Assembly: GCA_028711115.1 (NCBI GenBank)
Contig: JAQTSV010000001.1
Coordinates: 710,032 to 774,031 of the forward strand
Length of the DNA stretch: 64,000 nucleotides
DNA from: Candidatus Omnitrophota bacterium
GTDB lineage: Bacteria > Omnitrophota > Gorgyraeia > Velamenicoccales > JABMQK01
Direction of reading: 5' to 3'
The translations under genes and the position numbers were made by a program. Below the pieces are notes generated by a model. It did not search any database and had not been told where the DNA came from. It saw only the letters and a program-made list of their open reading frames with translations. Shown in pieces: positions 39,093 to 48,119 of the stretch. Numbering within the stretch: the first letter of the stretch is position 1; every line of letters begins with the position of its first letter.

Positions 39093-39896
39093 ATGAGAAA
39101 AGTTCTTTTATTGCTATTTATGGTGTGGTTTATTTCCGGTTGTGCCACTGCACCTATCAGCCAGTCGGATTTTGGCGAGAAGACAAAATTGCTGAACGAA
39201 AAAGATGAAATTCAGTTCGGCAATTATGTGGATGCATATATTCTCGGAGAGCAGACTCTTCTGGAAAATGAACAGATTACCAAGGCAGTCTCAGACATCG
39301 GCAATAAGATTGTCGCCGTATCTTACAGGCCTAATCTTAAGTTTACATTCCGTGTTTTAAACGAGCATCAGGTAAATGCCTTTGCCGGGCCAGGCGGTTA
39401 TGTTTATGTCACCAGAGGATTGTTAGATCATCTAAAAAGCAAAGATGAATTAGCCGCTGTATTGGCTCATGAAGTATCGCATGTCTGCGCCCGCCATCAG
39501 GTCAAGGCTTTATATAATGCCCAGACAGCCCAGACTTTTATGGCGCTGGGCCAGATTTTGGCTATTGCGGCAGGCACATATACCGGCTCATCTACAGTTG
39601 CAGATTTAGGCAACACAGTAGCCCAGATGGCGACAATTATGGTATATCAAGGATACAGCCGGAGCTTTGAGGCAGAAGCCGATAAGTTAGGCGATTTTTA
39701 TATGTATGAATCAGGATATAATCCAGAGGCAATGGCAGATGTTTTTGATATGATGCTTGCATTAGCAAAAGAAAAAGGCGAAAAAAAAGATTTAGGCATT
39801 TTTGCCACGCATCCATCTTTAGAGTGGCGGGCCAAACGCATCAGAGAAATAGCTCCTCAAATCAAAAAAGGGGTGAAGTATGAAGAAATCGAATAG
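39093..39896 (+). CDS. M48-family zinc metalloprotease lipoprotein
   Basis: ISGC lipobox, HEVSHV (HExxH) and a downstream EAEADK. Confidence 0.82.
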   Translation: MRKVLLLLFMVWFISGCATAPISQSDFGEKTKLLNEKDEIQFGNYVDAYILGEQTLLENEQITKAVSDIGNKIVAVSYRPNLKFTFRVLNEHQVNAFAGPGGYVYVTRGLLDHLKSKDELAAVLAHEVSHVCARHQVKALYNAQTAQTFMALGQILAIAAGTYTGSSTVADLGNTVAQMATIMVYQGYSRSFEAEADKLGDFYMYESGYNPEAMADVFDMMLALAKEKGEKKDLGIFATHPSLEWRAKRIREIAPQIKKGVKYEEIE

Positions 39897-40389
39897 TATT
39901 TTTTTATTTTTATTGTTTGTTATTTCCGGGTGCATGACGATTACGCCGCCAATGATGGAAAGGCCTATAGAAAAAGAGAAAGTATATAACAAATCTTACG
40001 ATGAAGTCTGGAAGGCGGCAATGTCGGTCTTTGTCAAATCCGCAGGAATTGCTTCTACCGTGGATAAACAATCCGGGATAATCGGATTTACGAATAATCT
40101 GAGCAAAGAAGATATGGATGATTTTGTTGCCGAAAAAGCGCCTACCATTCCTTTGGGCAGCCAGTTTGGACAAGGCCAGTTATATGTAAATATTATTGTT
40201 TCACCAATAGACAGAGAGACAACCAGAGTTTTCCTGAAGACAAAGGTTACTGGTTCATTGTTAAATGCCTATGGTTATCCTGTCCAATACAATATTTCTC
40301 TTACTTCCAATGGTAAACTGGAAGAGGAGTTTTTTAAGAAAATGTCAGCGGAATTAGGTTTGCTGCAATATGATTATCTGCAGTCGTAG
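39880..40389 (+). CDS. Lipoprotein of unknown function
   Basis: ISGC lipobox and a 17-nt overlap with the M48 gene. I recognised no family. Confidence 0.6.
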   Translation: MKKSNSIFLFLLFVISGCMTITPPMMERPIEKEKVYNKSYDEVWKAAMSVFVKSAGIASTVDKQSGIIGFTNNLSKEDMDDFVAEKAPTIPLGSQFGQGQLYVNIIVSPIDRETTRVFLKTKVTGSLLNAYGYPVQYNISLTSNGKLEEEFFKKMSAELGLLQYDYLQS

Positions 40390-40426
40390 TAAAAATTAGA
40401 AGGGATTCCACACAGAAGAAGTCGGA

Positions 40427-40912
40427 TTAATTAAGGGGTGGTTGTGATACGCTTTCAGCACCCTTCCCAGTTTCTGGAGGAGGCTCAGGTTCAGGCGAAG
40501 AGACTGGATTTTCTGATATATCATCGCCTACGGGTATAGGAGTCAGTTCTATTATAGAGGCATTTTCTCCATTTCCACCTGGGCCATTAGGTCCTGGAGG
40601 AGGTGGATAGCTAGGAGTAATAGTCATAGCATCAGGGGCAGTTATAGCATCATCATTTTGAGAGTTTTCATTGATAACGCCTTTTGTGCCTTGGGTGGTC
40701 AAGAATTCCGTTACAGGGCGATAGAGAAGATTCTGTTCTATATACTTTGAGGAATCCTGGCTTCCTTTTATCTTCTCTATGCGCATAAGGTGGGCTGCTT
40801 CATCTTCTAAAGTGGCCTTCTCAGAATCCTCTTCCCAGCCGGCAAGGCATAGGCTGGTAAATACCATAATACTCACACATATTACTAATGTTATAAGGAA
40901 TATTTTCTTCAT
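40427..40912 (-). CDS. Secreted Pro/Gly-rich protein, tandem paralog B
   Basis: The start is reassigned to MKKIFLITLV (ATG at 40912) by homology with paralog A and because a terminator hairpin lies in the ORF-track extension. It has a signal peptide ending CLA-GWEED. Confidence 0.65.
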   Translation of the reverse strand: MKKIFLITLVICVSIMVFTSLCLAGWEEDSEKATLEDEAAHLMRIEKIKGSQDSSKYIEQNLLYRPVTEFLTTQGTKGVINENSQNDDAITAPDAMTITPSYPPPPGPNGPGGNGENASIIELTPIPVGDDISENPVSSPEPEPPPETGKGAESVSQPPLN

Positions 40913-40945
40913 ATTAACCCCCTGGTTTATTCCTAGTGTAAGTAT

Positions 40946-40991
40946 AACATAAAAATACCCCTGTTTCCACGCTGGGAAAAGAGGGGTATTT
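40946..40991 (-). terminator. Rho-independent terminator between the tandem paralogs
   Basis: A 10-bp stem, AAATACCCCT (40953-40962) / AGGGGTATTT (40982-40991), followed on the minus strand by a T-run. Confidence 0.6.
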
Positions 40992-41024
40992 TGACAGTTT
41001 TTATATAGAACTACAGAAGCTGAA

Positions 41025-41558
41025 TTAATTAGCAAGTTCTGACAAGTCGTTACTTTCTTCCTTGCTAGTTGTCGTTATCTCAACTTCAGGTAAGGAGATT
41101 ACTTCTCCTTCCATAGGCATATCGTTATTAGATATTTCTTGTGAATTTTCAATTGTAGGTCTAGATCCTTCTGATACTGATAATGGTCCTTCCAAAGGAG
41201 TTATCGTGGCGCCACCACCACCTGGCTCAGGAGGAGGCTCAGGAGGTAGACAGGGACTTCCAGGAGGAGCAGTAGTAGCATCAGGAGCAGTTATAGCGTC
41301 ATTTTGAGCGCTTCCATTAATAACGCCTTTTGTATCCCGGGTAATTAAGAATTCAGTTATAGGACGATAAAGAACATCCGGCCCTGTATTTTTGGCAGAA
41401 TTCTGGTTTTCTTTTATCATCTCTATGCGCATAAGGTGGGCTGCTTCATCTTCTAATGTAGCCTTCTCAGAATCCTCTTCCCAGCCGGCAAGACATAGGC
41501 TGGTAAATACCATAATGCCTACACATATTCCTAATATTATAAGGACTATTTTCTTCAT
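41025..41558 (-). CDS. Secreted Pro/Gly-rich protein, tandem paralog A
   Basis: MKKIVLIILGICVGIMVFTSLCLAGWEEDSEKATLEDEAAHLMRIE is nearly identical to paralog B. The C-terminal half has diverged. Confidence 0.68.
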   Translation of the reverse strand: MKKIVLIILGICVGIMVFTSLCLAGWEEDSEKATLEDEAAHLMRIEMIKENQNSAKNTGPDVLYRPITEFLITRDTKGVINGSAQNDAITAPDATTAPPGSPCLPPEPPPEPGGGGATITPLEGPLSVSEGSRPTIENSQEISNNDMPMEGEVISLPEVEITTTSKEESNDLSELAN

Positions 41559-41649
41559 ATTAACCCCCTGGTTTATTCCTAGTGTAAGTATAACATAGAA
41601 ATACTCCTGTTTTCAAGCTGGGGCAAGAGGGTGTTTTGGCAGGTTTTTA

Positions 41650-43107
41650 TCAGAATGTAACAGTTAATCCGGTATAGAAATACTTTGTATCTGTTTGCGT
41701 GGCAACGGGATAGGATTTTCCAGGGAAGAAGATACCATAGCGGCAGGACCAGTATTTGTTTTTTGCGATTTTCCAATAAAAATATAAGTTAAGTTCTTGC
41801 CCGATATCCTTATGCGGCAGGGTGGCATCCGTATCATAAATACCACCGCTTGCTTTGTCTTTTCGGTAAAACCAATATTTTATCCCCACTACGAGATCTT
41901 TTAAGAATTTATATCCGTTAAAGGGAACCACCGAACTTTCTATTTTCCAGGCCTTAAGATTGGATAATTTGGGAGAGAGGGCGTAGCCTCCATAGAAATT
42001 GCCGAAATACAGGAAGTTTTTATCGTCTCCATATCTATTGCCGCCGCCCCTGGTATAATCAACCATAGTTCTATCGTTGTCACCAGAACCATAGGCATAT
42101 TCGAATTCGAATTTAGGCTTAAATCTATTCCGAAAATAATACTTAAGGCCCAAATCCAATGCCAGGGCGTTTATGTTTCTTTTATCCAATTTGACTGCTT
42201 GTGCATCGGTAAAATCCTTTCCTGTTTCTTTTATTATTTCTGCCCAATATCCGAAATTTCTTTCGATGCCACCTTCCAGGCCTATTCCAAAATACCGGGA
42301 ATTATAGTCATAATTCTGAGTATTGGTATTTTGGTTATTCCTGTCCTTTTGGATTAAGCCATAAATGTAGATAATGGTATGAGGGATGTCGAGATAGGAG
42401 ATTTCAGTCCCCATAAATGTCCTTTCACCGTTTTTCTCATAATTCGGCACACTGATATCAATATTGTCTTCGTTAGGTTTAGTCAGAGTAAAGAAAGATT
42501 TTATAAAAAGATGGCTTGGTTTCCAGGTAATTTTAACACCGTCATGTGTAGCACTATAGGCTATGCCTCTGCCAATATATACATATTGCCTGCCCAGGGT
42601 GGCTGTAATTGGTGATTCTTTCTCATTAAAATTTAATGTAATATAACCCATATCCAAATGCGGACCGTCGTAGTCATCGCCTATGCCTGTGTAACCCGTG
42701 TCTGTGCTTCTTGAGACGTAATAATTTTTTATCCTGAAATACGCAGCATATTTATCGAAAAGAGTAAACTTAAACCACAGGCGCATATCGTTGAGCCAGC
42801 TGTTGTGGATTGTATCCACGGTAGATTTATCGTTATCCAGGTTTTCATAAGACCTGTATATGCTATTAAACCAGCCGCCGTATCTGAAAGCTATGGTTTC
42901 GCCTTTTTTGGCAGGTTTGATTGCTATTCTTTCCAATTCTTTTGTGGTTTCTGATTCTAATAGTTTTTGTTCCTCCTTGACTTTTTCCTCGTCGTTCTGT
43001 GCATCTGCCCAGAGCCTATTATCAATAGATAGAATATGCAGAAGGAAGGAGACAAGGATAAATATAAGAATAAGAAACCTTATAAAAATTACTTTTTTCT
43101 TCTGCAA
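41650..43107 (-). CDS. Outer-membrane beta-barrel protein (porin/export-channel-like)
   Basis: Signal peptide, alternating aromatic/Gly-rich beta-strand pattern, and the C-terminal ...YTGLTVTF ending in Phe. Confidence 0.7.
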   Translation of the reverse strand: MQKKKVIFIRFLILIFILVSFLLHILSIDNRLWADAQNDEEKVKEEQKLLESETTKELERIAIKPAKKGETIAFRYGGWFNSIYRSYENLDNDKSTVDTIHNSWLNDMRLWFKFTLFDKYAAYFRIKNYYVSRSTDTGYTGIGDDYDGPHLDMGYITLNFNEKESPITATLGRQYVYIGRGIAYSATHDGVKITWKPSHLFIKSFFTLTKPNEDNIDISVPNYEKNGERTFMGTEISYLDIPHTIIYIYGLIQKDRNNQNTNTQNYDYNSRYFGIGLEGGIERNFGYWAEIIKETGKDFTDAQAVKLDKRNINALALDLGLKYYFRNRFKPKFEFEYAYGSGDNDRTMVDYTRGGGNRYGDDKNFLYFGNFYGGYALSPKLSNLKAWKIESSVVPFNGYKFLKDLVVGIKYWFYRKDKASGGIYDTDATLPHKDIGQELNLYFYWKIAKNKYWSCRYGIFFPGKSYPVATQTDTKYFYTGLTVTF

Positions 43108-43251
43108 AGTATTTTCTCCCGAAATTGTTTAATTTTTTATATTCTAACCGCATAGATAAACCCTGTCAACCCTTTAAATATTAGTAAAAAATACAGGGAT
43201 AAGATTAAATTATTCCTTGAAAAACCAAAATTGAGCATATAGAATAAGGTT

Positions 43252-44952
43252 ATGTTTAGATTGCGTTGGGATACAAATTTTATAAGAATAATTCTTATTG
43301 TTATTATAACCGTTCTGATTTATTCTTCTTTCCTTTCCGGGCGGGGGATATTTGCGGTTGCGAAATTAAAGGCCATTGATTTGTTTTATGGCATATCCCA
43401 CCTTATTAAACCCCGGCAGGCGAATCTCGATAAAATAGTGATAATCTCTATCGACGAGCTCTCCCTTAAAACTATGAATAAGAACTGGCCCTGGGAAAGG
43501 TATATGTTCGGGCTGTTGATTGATAAGCTGCAGAAATATAAACCAAAATTGATTTGCTTTGATTTTGCTTTTATCGGCCAGAGCGAAAATAAACAAAATG
43601 ATTTATTGTTTGCCAAATCCATGAAGGAGGCCGGTAACGCTATCATTGCCTCTAATTTTGACTCCAGGGCAAGATATATCCTTCCGGCTAAGGTCCTTTC
43701 CGACGCAGCCTTGGCTTACGGATTTGTAAATAAACCAAGAGACAGAGATTATTATGTAAGAAGAGCCAGGGTATTTTTCTTTTCTAAAGAGAGAAGGATA
43801 ATAGACCTTTCCTTCGAGTTAAAAACAATCTGTAATTACTTCGATATTGGCCTGAGTAATATTCTGTATAATCCCGCAACCAACGCTATCCGTATACCTC
43901 ATAATAAAAGAATACAGGGCGACATAAATTTTTCCATAAGGCAGGACGGGACAATACCCATTAATTATCATGCTAAATACAGGGAATTTAACGTTATCCC
44001 ATTCGGAAAGGTGCTTAAAGACGAATTCAGGGAAGATGCATTTAAAGATAAAATTGTGCTGGTCAGTTTAACCAGCGAAATTTCTCATGACGCCTATAAT
44101 ACGCCCATAGGTGTATTGCCGGGCGTAGTCATTATTGCCAACGAACTTCTGATGTTTTTAAATAATGATTTTATTAGAGAAATTCCCTTTTGGATAGACT
44201 TTTTAATCTTGATGTTTATAATTCTTCTCGTTGCGATTGTTGTGTATAGAGTCAGTGCGCTTAAAGGTTTTATTTTCAGCGTAATTATCATTCTTTTATT
44301 CATAGGCACGAGCATTTATTTATCTTTTAGAAATTATTGGGCGGATTATTTTAGCGTAATTTTGTTTACTTCTATAACCTACTTAGGCATCAGCATTAAG
44401 AAATATATACAATTAATGATTGAGAGTGTACAGCTTAAGACTCAGGCTGTAACCGATGGCTTAACAGGCTTATTTGTTCAGAGATATTTCCAGATTAGGA
44501 TTGCCAGTGAATTTACCAGGGCAGTCAGGTATAGTTTAGACCTTTCGTTAATAATGATAGATGTGGATCATTTCAAAAATATAAATGATACTTACGGGCA
44601 TCAGCAGGGTGATCTGGTATTAAAATCATTGGGAGAAATTTTACAGAAAAACTCCAGAAGGTCGGATGTTTTGGTAAGGTATGGCGGAGAAGAATTCTGC
44701 GTAATCTTACTTCATGCATCCCAGGAGCATACTCTTGTCTATGCAGAAAAACTAAGGAAGGCTGTTGAAGATTTCGATTTTAAACTTATCAATGACCCGC
44801 AGAAGACGTTAAGAGTTACAATAAGCGTAGGCGTGGCAAGCCTTGCTGAAACTCAGGCTAAAACAGCCGAGGAATTAATTAAATTCGCTGATACGGCATT
44901 ATACGAATCTAAGGAAACCGGCCGCAATCGCATATCTGTGTATAAATCATAA
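43252..44952 (+). CDS. CHASE2-domain membrane diguanylate cyclase (GGDEF)
   Basis: An N-terminal periplasmic region is followed by 3 TM helices. The C-terminus has DGLTGL...IMIDVDHFKNINDTYGH...RYGGEEF. Confidence 0.85.
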   Translation: MFRLRWDTNFIRIILIVIITVLIYSSFLSGRGIFAVAKLKAIDLFYGISHLIKPRQANLDKIVIISIDELSLKTMNKNWPWERYMFGLLIDKLQKYKPKLICFDFAFIGQSENKQNDLLFAKSMKEAGNAIIASNFDSRARYILPAKVLSDAALAYGFVNKPRDRDYYVRRARVFFFSKERRIIDLSFELKTICNYFDIGLSNILYNPATNAIRIPHNKRIQGDINFSIRQDGTIPINYHAKYREFNVIPFGKVLKDEFREDAFKDKIVLVSLTSEISHDAYNTPIGVLPGVVIIANELLMFLNNDFIREIPFWIDFLILMFIILLVAIVVYRVSALKGFIFSVIIILLFIGTSIYLSFRNYWADYFSVILFTSITYLGISIKKYIQLMIESVQLKTQAVTDGLTGLFVQRYFQIRIASEFTRAVRYSLDLSLIMIDVDHFKNINDTYGHQQGDLVLKSLGEILQKNSRRSDVLVRYGGEEFCVILLHASQEHTLVYAEKLRKAVEDFDFKLINDPQKTLRVTISVGVASLAETQAKTAEELIKFADTALYESKETGRNRISVYKS

Positions 44953-45071
44953 ATTTGATTTCTACAGAAAAACCGCCGTTGAGTATTTTTCCCACCTTTA
45001 AGTTTCTAGAATCAATCATTTGAGCAGGTTTTTTGTTTCGTTATGTTTGTTCCTCAAATGGAAGAAAATAC

Positions 45072-45100
45072 TTGACAAATCCCCAGGTTCATTATATAAT
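45072..45100 (+). promoter_or_regulatory. Sigma70-like promoter TTGACA-17-TATAAT with a ~150-nt leader before spoVG
   Basis: TTGACA at 45072-45077 and TATAAT at 45095-45100 (indexed by hand). Confidence 0.55.
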
Positions 45101-45249
45101 TCTTTCGAAAATATAGAGGGCTTAAGCAGACGACACGTCGATATAATCCTGATTAATGTTATATAAGGAATATATTTTTTTGCTTGCTATGTTTCCAAAA
45201 CGGAACAAAATAATATATAAAATTAAGTCACGGGATAGGAGGTGGGAAA

Positions 45250-45510
45250 ATGATTAGTGAGTTAAAATTCAAGGTCACAAGACTACATCGCATAGAGGGA
45301 AAGAGTAACATACGGGCTTTTGTAGATATTGCGCTCAATGAATCTTTGCTTCTCAAGGGATTGCGTATAGTTGAAGGTAAGAATGGGCTTTTTGTTTCTA
45401 TGCCGCGAGAAAAAGGAAAAGATAATAAATGGTACGAAACTATTCATCCATTGTCAAATCAAGTAAAGGAAGACATATCGAACGTTGTTCTCTCCGCATA
45501 CAATGTTTAA
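45250..45510 (+). CDS. spoVG: SpoVG family protein
   Basis: KVTRLHRIEGKSNIRAFVDIALNESLLLKGLRIVEGKNGLFVSMP matches the SpoVG fold signature. Confidence 0.88.
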   Translation: MISELKFKVTRLHRIEGKSNIRAFVDIALNESLLLKGLRIVEGKNGLFVSMPREKGKDNKWYETIHPLSNQVKEDISNVVLSAYNV

Positions 45511-45596
45511 CTTAATTAATTTTTCTTCAATATATAATTCAGCATGTCTATTAGATATAGTTAATTAAATCAATTTATCGGAAAGGAGGTGTAGAG

Positions 45597-45860
45597 ATGC
45601 TTAAGTTTAAAAGAAATATGATAGCTGTTGTTGCTTTTTGTATTTCTTTTTTACTTGGTAATCTGGGTTTTTCTATTGCTCAGGCAAATAATGATAAAGT
45701 CAGCGGTGATGAAAGTGAAATCACAGAGCAGAAGCAATCAGATGAAAACCAGAAAGAACCAGAGGTAAAGAAGAAAAAGAAAAGAAAGAAATCCCGTAAA
45801 TCCCGGAAGAACAAGAGCAAGAAGGCAGCCGAGAAAGTTGAAGAATCAAAACAAGAATAG
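45597..45860 (+). CDS. Small secreted Lys-rich protein
   Basis: Signal peptide and a KKKKKRKKSRKSRKNKSKK tract. Low complexity, with a good RBS (GGAGG). Confidence 0.5.
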   Translation: MLKFKRNMIAVVAFCISFLLGNLGFSIAQANNDKVSGDESEITEQKQSDENQKEPEVKKKKKRKKSRKSRKNKSKKAAEKVEESKQE

Positions 45861-45993
45861 TAATAGGTTGTTTTGATAATTGTCGATGAAGCATGCGGGG
45901 AATGCCGGTTTACGATGGGATATGCTTTTGCCGGTTGGTTCTGCTGCGGCTTCATCGATGATTTAATAATATTATCAGCAGAAAGGTTATGTT

Positions 45994-47538
45994 ATGAATA
46001 TGCTAAAAAATATAAGTATATTTATTTTTATTTTATTTTTTTCATCTGCTCTTAGTTTTGCTTTGCAAGAAAAAACGCAGACATTATCTGATGATAATAT
46101 AGTTTCTTTTGTTAAAGATAGAAATATTATTTATGCTGCTTCTCGGAGTTGTGTCTATAAACAACAGAGTGGCAATAATGAATGGCAGAAAGTTTATGAT
46201 ATCGCCAAGGCAAATAAACAAATCAATAGATTATATATTGATCTTTTAGCTGATAATATTTATGTAGCGACTCAGGATGGACTTTATATGAGCCAGAATC
46301 AAGGTCTTGATTGGCAGAGGATTTTTAGGGGGAGTTCAGATTTAGAGAATGATTGTATTAGTATAGATAAATCGAATAAGGCCATATATCTAGGAACAAA
46401 ACAAGGACTATTTATTAGTTATGATAAAGGTATTAAGTGGCATAAGTCCTTTGAACAATTTTCTGATAGCATTATTTCTTCACTCATAGTTGATCCTCAA
46501 GATGACAATATAGTTTATGCGGCTTGTGAAAAAGGAGTTTTTATCACAGAAGATAATGGTAAATCTTGGAAGAGGATATATGTAGTTTACTGCTCAGAAA
46601 TTCCCTCGGAAGATTATGGTGATTATGACAGTGAAGTTACAGAACAGATTAGCAGTATTAAAAGCATGGCGATTTCACCTAATGGATTCAATAGGCTCTA
46701 TATAGCAACTGCTAAAGGGATATTTTTTACAGATAATAAGGGAAATAAATGGCAGAAACTAACCAATTCCGGCTTACTTTCTTTTAATATACGTTCCCTT
46801 AAAGTTTCCCCCCTGGAGAAACAATTGTTTGTAGCTATGGATAAAGGTGTTTTTAAATTAACTGGAAATTCTTGGCAAAAAGTCGATAGCGATTTGGCTA
46901 ATAGCGATTTCAATGATTTGGAAATAGATGAAGATGGTAGAATATGGCTGGCAGGCAAAGGTGGTATATTTTTGATTGGTAACGATGGCACTAAGAACAT
47001 AACCAAAAATAATAAGCAGGTGAAAGGAATAGACAATACAGAGTTCGATATCAATGAGTTATGTAAGGGAGAGCCTAGCATAGAAGAGATTCAGAAAGCT
47101 GCTATAGAGTATGCAGAGGTTAATATTGACAAAATAAAGAAGTGGAGAAATGAGGCGAGATGGAAGGCACTTTGTCCGACAATCAGCGTAGGTTATGATA
47201 AAAATGTCTATGGCTCTTCAACAGGAGCGATGGCTGTTGGCCCGCGGGGCTGGGATATGGATTTTTCTTGGGATATTTCAGAATTAATTTGGAATGCAGA
47301 CCAGACTTCCATAGATTCCCGTTCTCGTCTAACTGTCCAATTAAGGCAAGATGTTTTGGATCAGGTAACTCGTCTTTATTATGAAAGGCTGAGGATGAAA
47401 ACAGAGATTTTGCTAATTCCTGCCCAAGACGAAATAGAAAAACTGCATAAGGAACTCGAGTTTCAAGAAATAACCGCCAATTTAGATGGTTTGACTAATG
47501 GCTATTTCTCCAAAATACTCCGCAATAAAAAACAATAA
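45994..47538 (+). CDS. Secreted BNR/Ycf48-like beta-propeller protein with an unknown C-terminal domain
   Basis: Signal peptide and repeated GLxxSxDxGxxW units (SQNQGLDWQRI, SYDKGIKWHKS, TEDNGKSWKRI, TDNKGNKWQKL). Confidence 0.72.
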   Translation: MNMLKNISIFIFILFFSSALSFALQEKTQTLSDDNIVSFVKDRNIIYAASRSCVYKQQSGNNEWQKVYDIAKANKQINRLYIDLLADNIYVATQDGLYMSQNQGLDWQRIFRGSSDLENDCISIDKSNKAIYLGTKQGLFISYDKGIKWHKSFEQFSDSIISSLIVDPQDDNIVYAACEKGVFITEDNGKSWKRIYVVYCSEIPSEDYGDYDSEVTEQISSIKSMAISPNGFNRLYIATAKGIFFTDNKGNKWQKLTNSGLLSFNIRSLKVSPLEKQLFVAMDKGVFKLTGNSWQKVDSDLANSDFNDLEIDEDGRIWLAGKGGIFLIGNDGTKNITKNNKQVKGIDNTEFDINELCKGEPSIEEIQKAAIEYAEVNIDKIKKWRNEARWKALCPTISVGYDKNVYGSSTGAMAVGPRGWDMDFSWDISELIWNADQTSIDSRSRLTVQLRQDVLDQVTRLYYERLRMKTEILLIPAQDEIEKLHKELEFQEITANLDGLTNGYFSKILRNKKQ

Positions 47539-47586
47539 CTCTCTGCCAGGCAGTACCTTACTTTAAATAATCCCGCTTTTTAATAC

Positions 47587-47650
47587 TTGACATTTGCCTT
47601 AAAATATCATATACTTAACACTGATGATAGTTAATATAGTTAAATATTAA
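47587..47650 (+). promoter_or_regulatory. Promoter TTGACA-17-TATACT plus inverted repeat TTAATAT-N6-ATATTAA (candidate MarR operator)
   Basis: TTGACA at 47587-47592, TATACT at 47610-47615 and the inverted repeat at 47631-47650, immediately before the RBS of the MarR gene. Confidence 0.5.
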
Positions 47651-47661
47651 GGGGGTTAGAT

Positions 47662-48117
47662 ATGGCTGAGATTTCCTTATCGGAGTTTACTGACAGGCTA
47701 ACAGAAATTATGCCTGTGCTTATGAAGGAATTTATGAGGCGCCATGCAGACGAATTATTCAAAACCAATATTACTCCGGCGCAGTTTTTGATACTGAATT
47801 TTCTGCATCATTCGGATGAATCGAGAATGACAGAGCTGGCGAAGTTTATGAAAGTTAGTACGGCAGCCATGACGGGTATAGTAAATAGGTTGGTGAGAGA
47901 TGGTTATGTGGTGAGGAATTACCAACCTGACGACAGGCGTGTAATCAATATAAAGCTTACAAAAAAAGGCAATAATTTAATCAATAAAGCCAATCAGCAA
48001 AGGCGAGATATGGTAATCAATGTATTTGGAAAAGTTTCCGATGAAGATAGGCAGGATTACCTGAGAGTGCTTACGCGCATATATGAAATCCTGACCAAAG
48101 AACAAAAAGAAGAATAA
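47662..48117 (+). CDS. MarR-family transcriptional regulator
   Basis: 151-aa winged HTH (MTELAKFMKVSTAAMTGIVNRLVRDGYVVR...DRRV). Confidence 0.88.
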   Translation: MAEISLSEFTDRLTEIMPVLMKEFMRRHADELFKTNITPAQFLILNFLHHSDESRMTELAKFMKVSTAAMTGIVNRLVRDGYVVRNYQPDDRRVINIKLTKKGNNLINKANQQRRDMVINVFGKVSDEDRQDYLRVLTRIYEILTKEQKEE

Positions 48118-48119
48118 TT

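Larger units (their letters stand above)
40427..41641 (-). repeat. Tandem duplication (~600-bp unit) comprising hairpin, 5' leader and gene
   Basis: The leader CATATTAACCCCCTGGTTTATTCCTAGTGTAAGTATAACAT is repeated at 40910-40950 and 41556-41596. The first ~150 nt of both genes are near-identical. Confidence 0.8.

Noticed and set aside
40913-41035. 41-codon N-terminal extension of paralog B in the ORF track
   Set aside because: The extension runs through a terminator-like hairpin and through the leader sequence shared with paralog A. Homology supports the MKKIF start at 40912.
45873-46055. 60-aa ORF spanning the stem-closed element and the start of the BNR-like gene
   Set aside because: It is Cys/Phe/Tyr-rich and overlaps a better-supported signal-peptide gene start at 45994.
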